Shown here: piece after piece, positions 19,998-28,692 of the stretch
How the letters are laid out: every line of letters starts with the position of its first letter
Position numbering within the stretch: the first letter of the stretch is position 1
DNA from: Bacteroidota bacterium
GTDB taxonomy: Bacteria > Bacteroidota > Bacteroidia > AKYH767-A > 2013-40CM-41-45
Assembly (NCBI GenBank): GCA_016720935.1
Contig: JADKJP010000005.1
Coordinates: forward strand, 173,216 to 237,215
DNA: 64,000 nt
Direction of reading: 5' to 3'
Made by a program: the position numbers and the translations under genes
Notes under the pieces: generated by a model
Databases searched by the model: none
Seen by the model: the letters and a program-made list of their open reading frames with translations, nothing else
What the model was told of the DNA's origin: nothing

Positions 19998-20415
19998 ATT
20001 TATTGATTCCATTCGCGGCAATTTCATGAAGCGCTTGTTGCGTTAATGGTTTGTCAAGCTGACCGACAACAAAAGAATTTTCAAAAACTTTTTTCAGCTG
20101 TTCCGGTTTATTGAAAACAGAAAGAATAATTATTTTGGATTTGGAACGAATATGATCAGGAAGTGATTTAAACTCTTCGATAAAATCATATCCGCTCATC
20201 ATCGGAAGATGCATGTCAAGAAAAATCCACTCGGGGGTCTGTTCGGTGTTGCTGCATTCTTCTCTTAAATAATGCAATCCTTCTTCACCCGAACTGGTCA
20301 CTGTAACCCGTGACGCAAAGGCAGTAAGTTCCATGAGACGGCGATTGACAAGGACGTCAATTTCACTGTCGTCAACAAGAAGAACATTTTCAAATGAAAA
20401 TTTTTTGTCTGCCAT
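19981..20415 (-). CDS. Stand-alone response-regulator receiver domain protein
   Basis: CheY fold with 'LLVDDSEID', the phospho-acceptor 'FLDMHLPMMSG' and 'KIIILS'. No output domain. The start was trimmed to the ATG at 20415. Confidence 0.75.
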   Translation of the reverse strand: MADKKFSFENVLLVDDSEIDVLVNRRLMELTAFASRVTVTSSGEEGLHYLREECSNTEQTPEWIFLDMHLPMMSGYDFIEEFKSLPDHIRSKSKIIILSVFNKPEQLKKVFENSFVVGQLDKPLTQQALHEIAANGINKFSVSS

Positions 20416-20459
20416 CTGACCGGGAAAGAGAGTCAAATATACTCCGAAAATTTATCCCT

Positions 20460-20861
20460 TCAAACATTGATGGCCTCAAGTACCGCTTTATTTAATGGCT
20501 TATTGAGAAATTTGTAAACGTAACGGCTTTGATTTGCTCTGTTAAGGTCTTTAAAACTCTCGGAAGTTGAAAGCATTACAATTTTTGATTGCTTTTTTAC
20601 AGCATCCGGAAGCTTTCCAAATTCTTCAAGAAAACCAAAACCATCCATTCCCGGCATCATGATATCCAAAAATATTACATGTGGCAATTCAGCAGGAGTC
20701 GCTGATTTCTTTTTCAAATCCTCAAGAGCATTAATAGCGGATTGATGGATCAGAATTGTTGACGCGAAATGTTCGTTCTCCAGGAGCTTTTTATTGATGA
20801 AATTATCCAGTTCGTTATCATCGATTAGCATGATTACAGGATATCTGTTTGCAGAGCTCAT
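20460..20861 (-). CDS. Stand-alone response-regulator receiver domain protein
   Basis: 'IMLIDDNELD', 'FLDIMMPGMDG' and 'KIVMLS'. It is a paralog of the adjacent gene. Confidence 0.75.
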   Translation of the reverse strand: MSSANRYPVIMLIDDNELDNFINKKLLENEHFASTILIHQSAINALEDLKKKSATPAELPHVIFLDIMMPGMDGFGFLEEFGKLPDAVKKQSKIVMLSTSESFKDLNRANQSRYVYKFLNKPLNKAVLEAINV

Positions 20862-21047
20862 AAAAAATAGTATTTGCCTGTAAAAATAGAAATAAAGAAT
20901 AAAAAACCGTCATCCTGAAAAAATGAAAAGAGAAACTTACTCACATTGTTCCTGTGTAAGGCTTGAATTAAAGAAGGGTTTTAACAATAAAAAAAAGCAG
21001 AACATATGTTCTGCTTGTATTGTGAGCGAGTGGGGGCCCGTGGAAAA

Positions 21048-21485
21048 TTATCTTACTAATGTAACAGAGCCTGTTCTGGAATTCTTTCCAAGTCCGGCAG
21101 CGAAAACCTGATACACATATACTCCTTGTTCAACAGGATTTCCGGCATAGTTGCCATCCCATTGTAGTTTTGGATTGGTTGATTCAAAGACTACTTCTCC
21201 CCAACGATTGTAGACATACAAATGATAATTCCTGATTCCTTCTCCTTTCACTCCGAATGCATCGTTTAAACCATCTCCATTGGGAGTAAAGGCATTGGGG
21301 ATATAAATGCTAAGCGGAGGAATTACTTCCGCGTAATTCGACATACTCGTGATGGAGTTGTTTCCGCGTTGAATTGCAGTAACTCTGTAAACTTTGTTAT
21401 CCAGAACATTCTGGGCTTTTAATCCGAAAGATGCCAGCTGGACAAGTGTGGTCAGGATAAAAATACGGGGGATGACTTTCAACAT
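21048..21485 (-). CDS. Small secreted protein consisting essentially of a T9SS type-B C-terminal sorting domain (gliding-motility-associated CTD)
   Basis: Signal peptide followed by 'IPNAFTPNGDGLNDAFGVKG...YVYNRWGEVVF...VYVYQV', the hallmark of the CHU_C / type-B CTD. Only about 50 aa separate the signal peptide from the CTD. Confidence 0.65.
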   Translation of the reverse strand: MLKVIPRIFILTTLVQLASFGLKAQNVLDNKVYRVTAIQRGNNSITSMSNYAEVIPPLSIYIPNAFTPNGDGLNDAFGVKGEGIRNYHLYVYNRWGEVVFESTNPKLQWDGNYAGNPVEQGVYVYQVFAAGLGKNSRTGSVTLVR

Positions 21486-21706
21486 GATGGTTCATTTTCT
21501 CAACATTAGCAAAGTAGCCCCGAAGCGGACGGAGCGTTGCTACAAAGCGGGCCGAATCTGTCAACTGTAAGAAATGCGGCTTTTTCCGGACTGGATTTCT
21601 GTGAAAAACTGTGAAAAAATTGAAAAAAAGGCCTTTAAAAAAAACTGTCCATTTCAGCGTTTTTCATCGTAATTTTGCAATGAATTAACCTTATAAATCA
21701 TTAACA

Positions 21707-22123
21707 ATGCCCTATCCCGAATATATCTGCGCTCCAATGAGACAAGAACTGACTACTGTCGGTTTTGAAGAATTAAAAACACCCGAAAAAGTTGATGAAG
21801 TCATCCCAAACAGCAAGGGAACCTTGTTATTGGTGTTAAATAGCGTTTGTGGTTGTGCAGCAGGTACAGCAAGACCTGGTGTAAAATTGTCACTTACCAG
21901 TCCTAAACACCCGGAAAAACTTGCAACAGTTTTCGCCGGACAAGATATGGAAGCGACTGCACAGGCAAGAAAATACACCCTGCCTTATCCTCCATCATCA
22001 CCCGCAATTGCTCTTTTCAAAGATGGCAAACTGGTTCATTTCCTCGAGCGTCATCATATCGAAGGACGTTCCGCTGAAATGATCGCGGAAAATCTGAAAG
22101 CCGCATTTGAAGAATATTGCTGA
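21707..22123 (+). CDS. Bacilliredoxin family protein (BrxA/BrxB, DUF1094; CGC redox motif)
   Basis: 138 aa with 'VCGCAAG' embedded in a thioredoxin-like context, matching the YphP/YqiW-type bacilliredoxin family. Confidence 0.6.
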   Translation: MPYPEYICAPMRQELTTVGFEELKTPEKVDEVIPNSKGTLLLVLNSVCGCAAGTARPGVKLSLTSPKHPEKLATVFAGQDMEATAQARKYTLPYPPSSPAIALFKDGKLVHFLERHHIEGRSAEMIAENLKAAFEEYC

Positions 22124-22142
22124 TCAATTTTCTTCTAAACAA

Positions 22143-22179
22143 AAAACCCCTTGATGACATCAGGGGGTTTTTTGTTTTT
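22143..22179 (+). terminator. Rho-independent terminator
   Basis: 'AAAAAACCCCttgatgacatcaGGGGGTTTTTTGTTTTT'. Confidence 0.8.
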
Positions 22180-22213
22180 ATAAATCACTACATATTCTAC
22201 TCTATAAAAAGCA

Positions 22214-22999
22214 TCATTTCAGTTTAGGTTTGTTAAACCAACCGGGATATTTCTCCCTCAGCGGAGCATCAATTACTTCGTATACTTTTGCTTTCAGAGT
22301 TTCGATGTCGGCTTCGGTAAGTCCTTTTGTTTCTATTGGTTCATGAATGATTACGCGCGCGATCCCGGGATGGCCCACACGGTTGAAATAATCATCGGGA
22401 AGAAGCACCCAGTTATCCATGAATGTTACCGGAACAATGGGAACTTGTTTTTCAATGGCCAAACGGAAAGGACCATTTTTAAAACGACCCATCACCGGTC
22501 CATTGTGATGAATGGTACCTTCCGGAAAAAGAGTAATGCTGATTTTTTTATCCATATCACTGCAGGCTCTGAGGAATGCCCGATGTGAATCCACCCTGCT
22601 TTTTCTGTTGACCGGGATATTCATTCGGTCAAAGAAGTGACGAAATAAAGGTACCCGTCTCAATTCCGCTTTTCCCATCGTATGGAAATAACAGGGTATA
22701 CTTATATATATAAGCATGATATCGAGGTAGGAAGTATGGTTCGGACAGAACACATACGCCTGATCCTTAAGTAATTCCGATCTTCTTTCGATTTTATAGA
22801 AGATAAAAACAGGCCAAATTATGCAGTGAGCCCATATCTTCTTGATTCTGAAGACTAAACCAAACCATTTCCGGCTCCGGAGTAAAACATAGAAAACAGG
22901 GAAAAAAATGAAAAAAGTGATTACCGCATTGATAAAAAAGAGGGAACGCCAGATCCACTGAAATGGATAAAAAAGGTATTTGCCGGCTTTTTTGAACAC
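22214..22999 (-). CDS. 1-acyl-sn-glycerol-3-phosphate acyltransferase family (lysophospholipid acyltransferase)
   Basis: An N-terminal TM segment, the H(x)4D acyltransferase motif 'CPNHTSYLD', and 'FPEGT'. Confidence 0.75.
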   Translation of the reverse strand: MFKKAGKYLFYPFQWIWRSLFFINAVITFFIFFPVFYVLLRSRKWFGLVFRIKKIWAHCIIWPVFIFYKIERRSELLKDQAYVFCPNHTSYLDIMLIYISIPCYFHTMGKAELRRVPLFRHFFDRMNIPVNRKSRVDSHRAFLRACSDMDKKISITLFPEGTIHHNGPVMGRFKNGPFRLAIEKQVPIVPVTFMDNWVLLPDDYFNRVGHPGIARVIIHEPIETKGLTEADIETLKAKVYEVIDAPLREKYPGWFNKPKLK

Positions 23000-23292
23000 T
23001 TTTAACGATTGTGTTCACGAAGGTAGCAAGACTGGGGCAAAAAAGGGCAATCCTCCTCCATTTGCCCATAAATAATGAGAAAATGGTAACATAGATTGTG
23101 AGTTATAATATTGATTATCAAATATATATTAAAAAAGGCAAGGCTTTAAGGGTTCTGATTATTCCAACAAGTCGGTTAAATGCCCAAATTTCCCATGTAT
23201 TCTGCTGGCAATGAAGATTCAATCATCCTAAATCTTGACCTGAAGGCATTTTTTTTTACCTTTGTCCCCCTTTATTTGCGGAGGATGGATTC

Positions 23293-23826
23293 ATGAGCGG
23301 CTCACGAGAATTTGTGATCAATTTTGGTAGTCTGGGTAAGGGCGAATATGAATTTCAATTTGAAGTAAAGGATTCGTTCTTTCAGGGATTTGAAAATTCT
23401 ATTGTTCAAAAAGGACAGGTGGATGTATTGGTTGTTCTTGAAAAAAAAGAGAACATACTTTTACTCGACTTTACAATTGAAGGAACAGTAACAGTACAAT
23501 GCGATCGTTGTCTGGAAGATCTTGATCTCGACATTCAGTGCTTCAATGAACTGATTGTAAAATTAGGAGAAGAAGCAGGCGAAGAAGCGGAAGATGTGAT
23601 CGTCATTTCAAATCGTGAACATGAGCTGGATATCGCTCAGTTCATTTACGAATACATCAGCGTAATCATTCCGATCCGGAATGTTCACGAAGATGAAAAC
23701 GGAAATCCTGACTGTGATCCGGAAGTATTGAAAGAACTGGAGAAACATCTTCTCCACGAAGATCAGGAGGAGAAACCACCGGTGGATCCGAGATGGGAAG
23801 GATTGAAGGGAATTAATCTGAATTAA
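23293..23826 (+). CDS. yceD: YceD / DUF177 family protein (large-ribosomal-subunit accumulation protein)
   Basis: 'CDRCLEDLDLDI' and an acidic C-terminal tail. It lies upstream of rpmF-plsX, as is typical. Confidence 0.8.
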   Translation: MSGSREFVINFGSLGKGEYEFQFEVKDSFFQGFENSIVQKGQVDVLVVLEKKENILLLDFTIEGTVTVQCDRCLEDLDLDIQCFNELIVKLGEEAGEEAEDVIVISNREHELDIAQFIYEYISVIIPIRNVHEDENGNPDCDPEVLKELEKHLLHEDQEEKPPVDPRWEGLKGINLN

Positions 23827-23829
23827 ATA

Positions 23830-23867
23830 GGGACGAGGGACGGGGGACGGGGGACGGGGGACGAAGG
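23830..23867. repeat. G-tract repeat: 5 tandem GGGACG-like units (GGGACGAGGGACGGGGGACGGGGGACGGGGGACG)
   Basis: Directly visible. The motif family is shared with 41985-42092 and with the 7294 terminator arm. Confidence 0.8.
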
Positions 23868-23927
23868 TGAAATGTAGCAGAAGAAGGACCAGTTAGCCCT
23901 ACAACCAATGCATATGCGATTGAAGAG

Positions 23928-23967
23928 ATCACAATCTAAAATCACCAATCTAAAATCTAAAATCATT
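23928..23967. repeat. Word-stutter repeat 'AATCTAAAATC' x3
   Basis: 'atcacaatctaaaatcaccaatctaaaatctaaaatc'. Confidence 0.7.
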
Positions 23968-23982
23968 TAATACCAACATAAA

Positions 23983-24174
23983 ATGCCAAATCCGAAACAC
24001 CGACACTCGAAATCACGCAGAGATAAGAGAAGAACACATTGGAAAGCCGAAGTGCCGACCGTAGCTACTGATCCGACTACAGGACAGCCGCATTTGTTTC
24101 ACCGCGCTCATTGGTACGAAGGAAAATTGTACTACAAGGGCAAAGTGGTAATGGAAAAAGAGACCAACGCTTAA
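23983..24174 (+). CDS. rpmF: 50S ribosomal protein L32
   Basis: '[22 protein letters not shown]', a canonical L32 N-terminus. Confidence 0.9.
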   Translation: MPNPKHRHSKSRRDKRRTHWKAEVPTVATDPTTGQPHLFHRAHWYEGKLYYKGKVVMEKETNA

Positions 24175-24289
24175 GCGTTCTTCCACTTATTTGACACAAA
24201 GCAGTTGACAAGTTCTTTGAACTGTATGTCAGCTGCTTTTTATTCATTATGTATCTTTCAATAGCTTAACATTTCCCTGGCAAAACAGC

Positions 24290-25243
24290 ATGAGACTTGG
24301 TGTTGATATTATGGGTGGTGATTTTGCACCGGAGCAAACGCTTCTTGGAGCAATCCAGGCCTGGAAAGAACTTCCTTCCGAAGTAAAACTTGTACTCATC
24401 GGCGATCGTTCGGCGATGTTACCGATTTTGGAACGGGAACAGGTTCCTGCCGATGTTTTTGAAATTGTACACACTACGGAAGTCATTTCCATGTCGGATC
24501 ATCCGACCAAAGCTTTTCAGCAAAAACAAAATTCCAGTATTACTGTTGGCTTTCATCTCCTGAAAGAAGGAAAGATTGATTCTTTCGCCTCCGCCGGAAA
24601 TACCGGTGCCATGTTGGTGGGTTCTATGTTCACTGTGAAAGCTATTCCGGGAATTCTTCGTCCGGCTATCGCTTCCCTCCTTCCAAAAGAAAATGGTGGC
24701 TGGGGTCTCATTTTGGATGTCGGTGTAAATGCGGATTGCAAACCGGAAGTGTTACAACAATTTGCTTTACTGGGTTCAATTTATGCTCAGAACATTCTGC
24801 ACATCGCTTCCCCTTCTGTCGGATTGATGAGTATTGGTGAAGAAGAAGAAAAAGGAAATCTCCTGGTGAAAGAAACGCATCAGCTGATTAAAGAAATGAA
24901 AGAAATCCGTTTTGTCGGAAACGTGGAAGGAAGAGATTTGTTCAATAACAAAGCGGACGTTATTGTATGCGACGGCTTCACCGGAAATGTTATTTTGAAA
25001 GAAGCGGAATCATTTTATTCCATGATCAAGAAACGTGGGATTAAAGACGCTTACTTTGATCGTTTTGATTACGAAGATTACGGTGGAACACCTGTTTTGG
25101 GTGTCAATGGCAGTGTGATTATCGCTCACGGAATCAGCAAAGCGAAAGCCATTAAAAACATGATTGTTCTTTCCAGGGATGTGGTGGAAGCGAAATTATC
25201 TTCCAAGATTGCCGCAGCTTTTTCCAAAGAAACCGTTTCCTGA
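24290..25243 (+). CDS. plsX: Phosphate acyltransferase PlsX
   Basis: 'GVDIMGGDFAPE', 'NTGAM' and 'GFTGNVILK' motifs. Confidence 0.9.
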   Translation: MRLGVDIMGGDFAPEQTLLGAIQAWKELPSEVKLVLIGDRSAMLPILEREQVPADVFEIVHTTEVISMSDHPTKAFQQKQNSSITVGFHLLKEGKIDSFASAGNTGAMLVGSMFTVKAIPGILRPAIASLLPKENGGWGLILDVGVNADCKPEVLQQFALLGSIYAQNILHIASPSVGLMSIGEEEEKGNLLVKETHQLIKEMKEIRFVGNVEGRDLFNNKADVIVCDGFTGNVILKEAESFYSMIKKRGIKDAYFDRFDYEDYGGTPVLGVNGSVIIAHGISKAKAIKNMIVLSRDVVEAKLSSKIAAAFSKETVS

Positions 25244-25285
25244 ATATTTATTCAGAATACAATCCAAAAAAACATTTCCGATTAA

Positions 25286-26998
25286 TTACTGTGTTTTTAA
25301 AACACGGAAACTTCTGTTTTTTCCCCGGCTGCTGATTTCAAGCAGATATATTCCTGCAGCCACATCGTCCAGTTCAAAATCGATTGTCCCGGATCCATTC
25401 ACAGTTTTTGTTAATTGAATTCTTCCCAGGTAATCGTAAAGCTTACAGAAAACTTCTCCATCTATCTTCTCCGAATAAGAAATCCGGATTTTCCCTGCTG
25501 TAGGATTTGGAGAAATCACTGCCTGTAAAGGAGCATGTGTCAATTCGATACCGGAAACAAAATATTCATACGCTCCGATATCCGGAGTACTTGGATCCCG
25601 TGGATTTCCATCTATATCCGAAGCAATCCAACTGATAGGTGTACCTTGATTATTTAAAACAGGATTGGTGGGAAGCAAAAACGATGGAGATGTAAACAGA
25701 GGTGCAATCGAAACACTGTTTGCATCCTGTGTACTGGCACTCTGCCAGTCGGCGAGAGTTTGATAGATTGTCGGATTCGTAGTGCCTTTGACCGCTACAT
25801 TCCCGGAAGGAACCCAGAAGTCATTGTAATTGCTTTGAAGCACGGTAGTCACTGTTGAAGTAGCGCCGAGTTTCAATGCCGCACGAGTACCAGTACCGGG
25901 TTTTGTAATGCTGATCAGGTTATTTTTCAAAACACTATTGGTATTCGAAAGTTCCTCACTGATACCGATGAAGTTTCCCGTAGCAGTAGCTGCATCGTCA
26001 CCGGAAATCACATTGAAACAAATTTCAGGAGCGGTCGCTGAAGTGCGGATTTCTATGCCGGTAAAATTTCCGGTAGTCAGCGCGCTTGCAGAAATCTCAT
26101 TATTAAAAACCCGGTGACCGGTTCCATTGAAAAGATAAATACCACGAAGGGTTTGTGTACCGTTGTTTTGCTGAAGGATATGAAATTTATTGTTCTCTAT
26201 GACCGCGTTAATATTCGCGTTTTGCGCGATCTGTATAGCATTCGCAGAAGAAATAATGTTGGCGATCTTTTCCAATAGATTTCCGGTGATATGAACGCCG
26301 TCAGTTTCACGGATATAAATTCCATTGTCAGCGAAATCAGCAATGTAGTTATTGGCTATTTCTATTTGAGTTGCAAGACTCGCCGCGTCGCCATATACTG
26401 AAATACCATAACCTCCGCTCGTAATATTATTTTCGGCAATTAAAATGTTGTCAAAATTTCCCGGGTCCAGAATGCTGGTTGTTGAACCGGAAGCGACAAT
26501 TCCTCCGTGCAAAGTGCTGGTTGAATTCATCAGGATGGTATTGTTCAGAATACTTAAATGACTTCCTGAATTATATATCTGGATTCCGTAAAAACCTCCG
26601 GTCGACGACGGATCATAAATAATACTCATTCCACGAATCGTCATCCAGGAAACATCTTCCAAACGAATAATGTGTCGATCCGTAGTTGTAGTTGCCGCTT
26701 GAAGGGTAGCTAGATTGCCTTCAATAGTAACTGTTGCTGTAGGACCTGCGCCCGGAATAGTATGAAAGGTCACTTGTTCTGTATAAGCAATGGAAGAATT
26801 TACATTGGCTACAACATCACCTGAAACTCCATCTGTACTCAGGCGCGTTGCAAAATCATTGAACGACTGGAAATTTGTTCCGGAAGTTGGAAGAGAACCA
26901 TCGATAGAATAAGCTCCGGATAAGGGTTGTGCCCGGCTAACCGTTGTCAAAATCAGCAGCATTGGAAGCGCTAGAAGAAGATAGAATTTTGTTTTCAT
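25286..26998 (-). CDS. T9SS-sorted secreted right-handed beta-helix protein (pectate-lyase-like fold), type-A CTD
   Basis: Signal peptide 'MKTKFYLLLALPMLLILTTVSRAQ', many 'N-x-I/G-I' parallel beta-helix repeats, and the C-terminal sorting domain '...GIYLLEISSRGKNRSFRVLKTQ'. The start was trimmed to the ATG at 26998. Confidence 0.65.
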   Translation of the reverse strand: MKTKFYLLLALPMLLILTTVSRAQPLSGAYSIDGSLPTSGTNFQSFNDFATRLSTDGVSGDVVANVNSSIAYTEQVTFHTIPGAGPTATVTIEGNLATLQAATTTTDRHIIRLEDVSWMTIRGMSIIYDPSSTGGFYGIQIYNSGSHLSILNNTILMNSTSTLHGGIVASGSTTSILDPGNFDNILIAENNITSGGYGISVYGDAASLATQIEIANNYIADFADNGIYIRETDGVHITGNLLEKIANIISSANAIQIAQNANINAVIENNKFHILQQNNGTQTLRGIYLFNGTGHRVFNNEISASALTTGNFTGIEIRTSATAPEICFNVISGDDAATATGNFIGISEELSNTNSVLKNNLISITKPGTGTRAALKLGATSTVTTVLQSNYNDFWVPSGNVAVKGTTNPTIYQTLADWQSASTQDANSVSIAPLFTSPSFLLPTNPVLNNQGTPISWIASDIDGNPRDPSTPDIGAYEYFVSGIELTHAPLQAVISPNPTAGKIRISYSEKIDGEVFCKLYDYLGRIQLTKTVNGSGTIDFELDDVAAGIYLLEISSRGKNRSFRVLKTQ

Positions 26999-27194
26999 AA
27001 TGGCTAAGATGTATTCCAAAGGTAAAAAATTCATGACTGAAATAATGTTTTGAATTAATCCCTCTCACATCTATTTCCCGGTTCTCTCAGAGAGTTTTCT
27101 CAGATGTTAAAGGCATTATCGGTCCATTTCTTCATATTTCCTGTACTCCTTCACATTCACAAATTATACTAAATTTGCTCCTCAATTTTAAAGT

Positions 27195-28184
27195 ATGTCC
27201 AAAATCACTGCAGCTATTACCGCTATTGGCGGCTACGTTCCGGACTATGTACTCACCAATGCTGAATTGGAAAAGATGGTGGATACTACCGACGAGTGGA
27301 TCACCTCACGCACTGGAATTAAGGAAAGAAGAATATTGAAAGGTGAGGGCCTTGGCACTTCAGACCTTGCTGCTCCGGCCGTTAAAGAAATGCTCCGGAA
27401 AAGAGGAATCGATGCTTCTGAAATTGAATTGTTGATTTGTGCCACTACCACTCCTGATTTCGTTTTCCCTGCTACGGCGAATATTGTTTGCGACAAGATC
27501 GGAGCAAAAAACGCTTTCGGTTATGATATTTCCGCCGCTTGTTCAGGATTCCTGTATGCGCTTGTAACCGGTTCCAAGTTTATTGAATCAGGCCAATACA
27601 AAAAAGTTGTTGTTGTAGGTGCGGACAAGATGTCAAGCATCGTCGACTACACAGATCGCACAACCTGTGTACTTTTTGGTGATGGCGCAGGTGCCGTTTT
27701 ACTTGAACCGAATACGGAAGGATTTGGTATACGGGATTCAATTCTTCGCAGTGACGGATCCGGACGAGTATACCTTCATCAAAAAGCCGGAGGTTCTGTG
27801 AAGCCACCGTCCCATAAAACCATTGACGCAAAAGAACACTACGTTTTCCAGGATGGTCAGCCGGTTTTCAAAGCGGCTGTGACAAGCATGGCTGATGTCT
27901 CCGCAGAAATAATGGAGAAAAATAATCTGAAAGCGGAAGATGTTGCATGGTTGGTTCCGCATCAGGCCAACAAACGTATCATTGATGCGACTGCAAGAAG
28001 AATGGGTGTCGGCCCTGAAAAAGTCATGCTGAATATTGAGAAATACGGAAATACAACCAGCGGTACCATTCCGCTTTGTCTGGTTGATTACGAGAAACAA
28101 TTAAATAAAGGAGACAACCTTATCCTTGCGGCCTTCGGCGGAGGATTTACCTGGGGGAGTGTTTGGGTGAAGTGGGGAGTTTAA
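27195..28184 (+). CDS. fabH: 3-oxoacyl-ACP synthase III
   Basis: Active-site 'AACSGF', 'HQAN' and 'GNTTSGT' (Cys-His-Asn triad). Confidence 0.95.
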   Translation: MSKITAAITAIGGYVPDYVLTNAELEKMVDTTDEWITSRTGIKERRILKGEGLGTSDLAAPAVKEMLRKRGIDASEIELLICATTTPDFVFPATANIVCDKIGAKNAFGYDISAACSGFLYALVTGSKFIESGQYKKVVVVGADKMSSIVDYTDRTTCVLFGDGAGAVLLEPNTEGFGIRDSILRSDGSGRVYLHQKAGGSVKPPSHKTIDAKEHYVFQDGQPVFKAAVTSMADVSAEIMEKNNLKAEDVAWLVPHQANKRIIDATARRMGVGPEKVMLNIEKYGNTTSGTIPLCLVDYEKQLNKGDNLILAAFGGGFTWGSVWVKWGV

Positions 28185-28380
28185 TTTGGTTTCGGGTTCT
28201 GAGTTCCGGGTTCCGGGTTTGAGGTTTGAGGTTTGAAATTTTTTTTTGGTTCGAAGTTTTTTGGGGTTGAGGTTCAGTTATTTTTTTCTGATTTGATTGG
28301 TTGGAGATAGCAGCGACATATTTCAAATCAAGTCCTGGTACTTGGTACCTGGTACCCAAATCCCAAATCCCAATAAAATC
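28185..28380. repeat. Intergenic word-stutter / G-tract repeat block
   Basis: 'gggttctgagttccgggttccgggtttgaggtttgaggtttg' ... 'ggtacttggtacctggtacccaaatcccaaatccc'. It shares a roughly 22-nt core with 50478-50500. Confidence 0.75.
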
Positions 28381-28692
28381 ATTTCCCTCCATTAATACCA
28401 CCTTTTCGCCTTTTATCTTTTCAATAATCAATCTTTAGTTGTCATTTTACTGATTTATTAATCATTTAACTATCATTATTTTAATAATCTCCTTTAATTT
28501 TCAGCTTAAAATTATCCAGCTTTTTAGTGGTTTTTCGGCAGGTATTTTTGCCTCTTTTTGGAATTTAACGTAGGTTTGAATTCCTTTCCCCGATTCCAAC
28601 CATCGGGAAATGGAATGGGTACTCAACCACCACACATGAAGCAGAAAAAAACTCCGGCTACTAAGCCTCAACCACAACCCAGCGTAGAATCT

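Noticed and set aside
23830-23967. Possible CRISPR array (short direct repeats)
   Set aside because: The units are 6-11 nt, directly abutting or separated by a few bases, with no spacers of 25-40 nt and no cas genes nearby. The same applies to the other stutter blocks (28185-28380, 30594-30730, 49250-49480, 50458-50640).
28147-28431. 94-aa minus-strand ORF 'MIIEKIKGEK…' spanning the fabH-accB spacer
   Set aside because: It lies entirely over the word-stutter repeat block. Its repetitive translation (QKKIT…NQKKIS, PELRTRNQ) reflects the DNA repeat rather than a protein.
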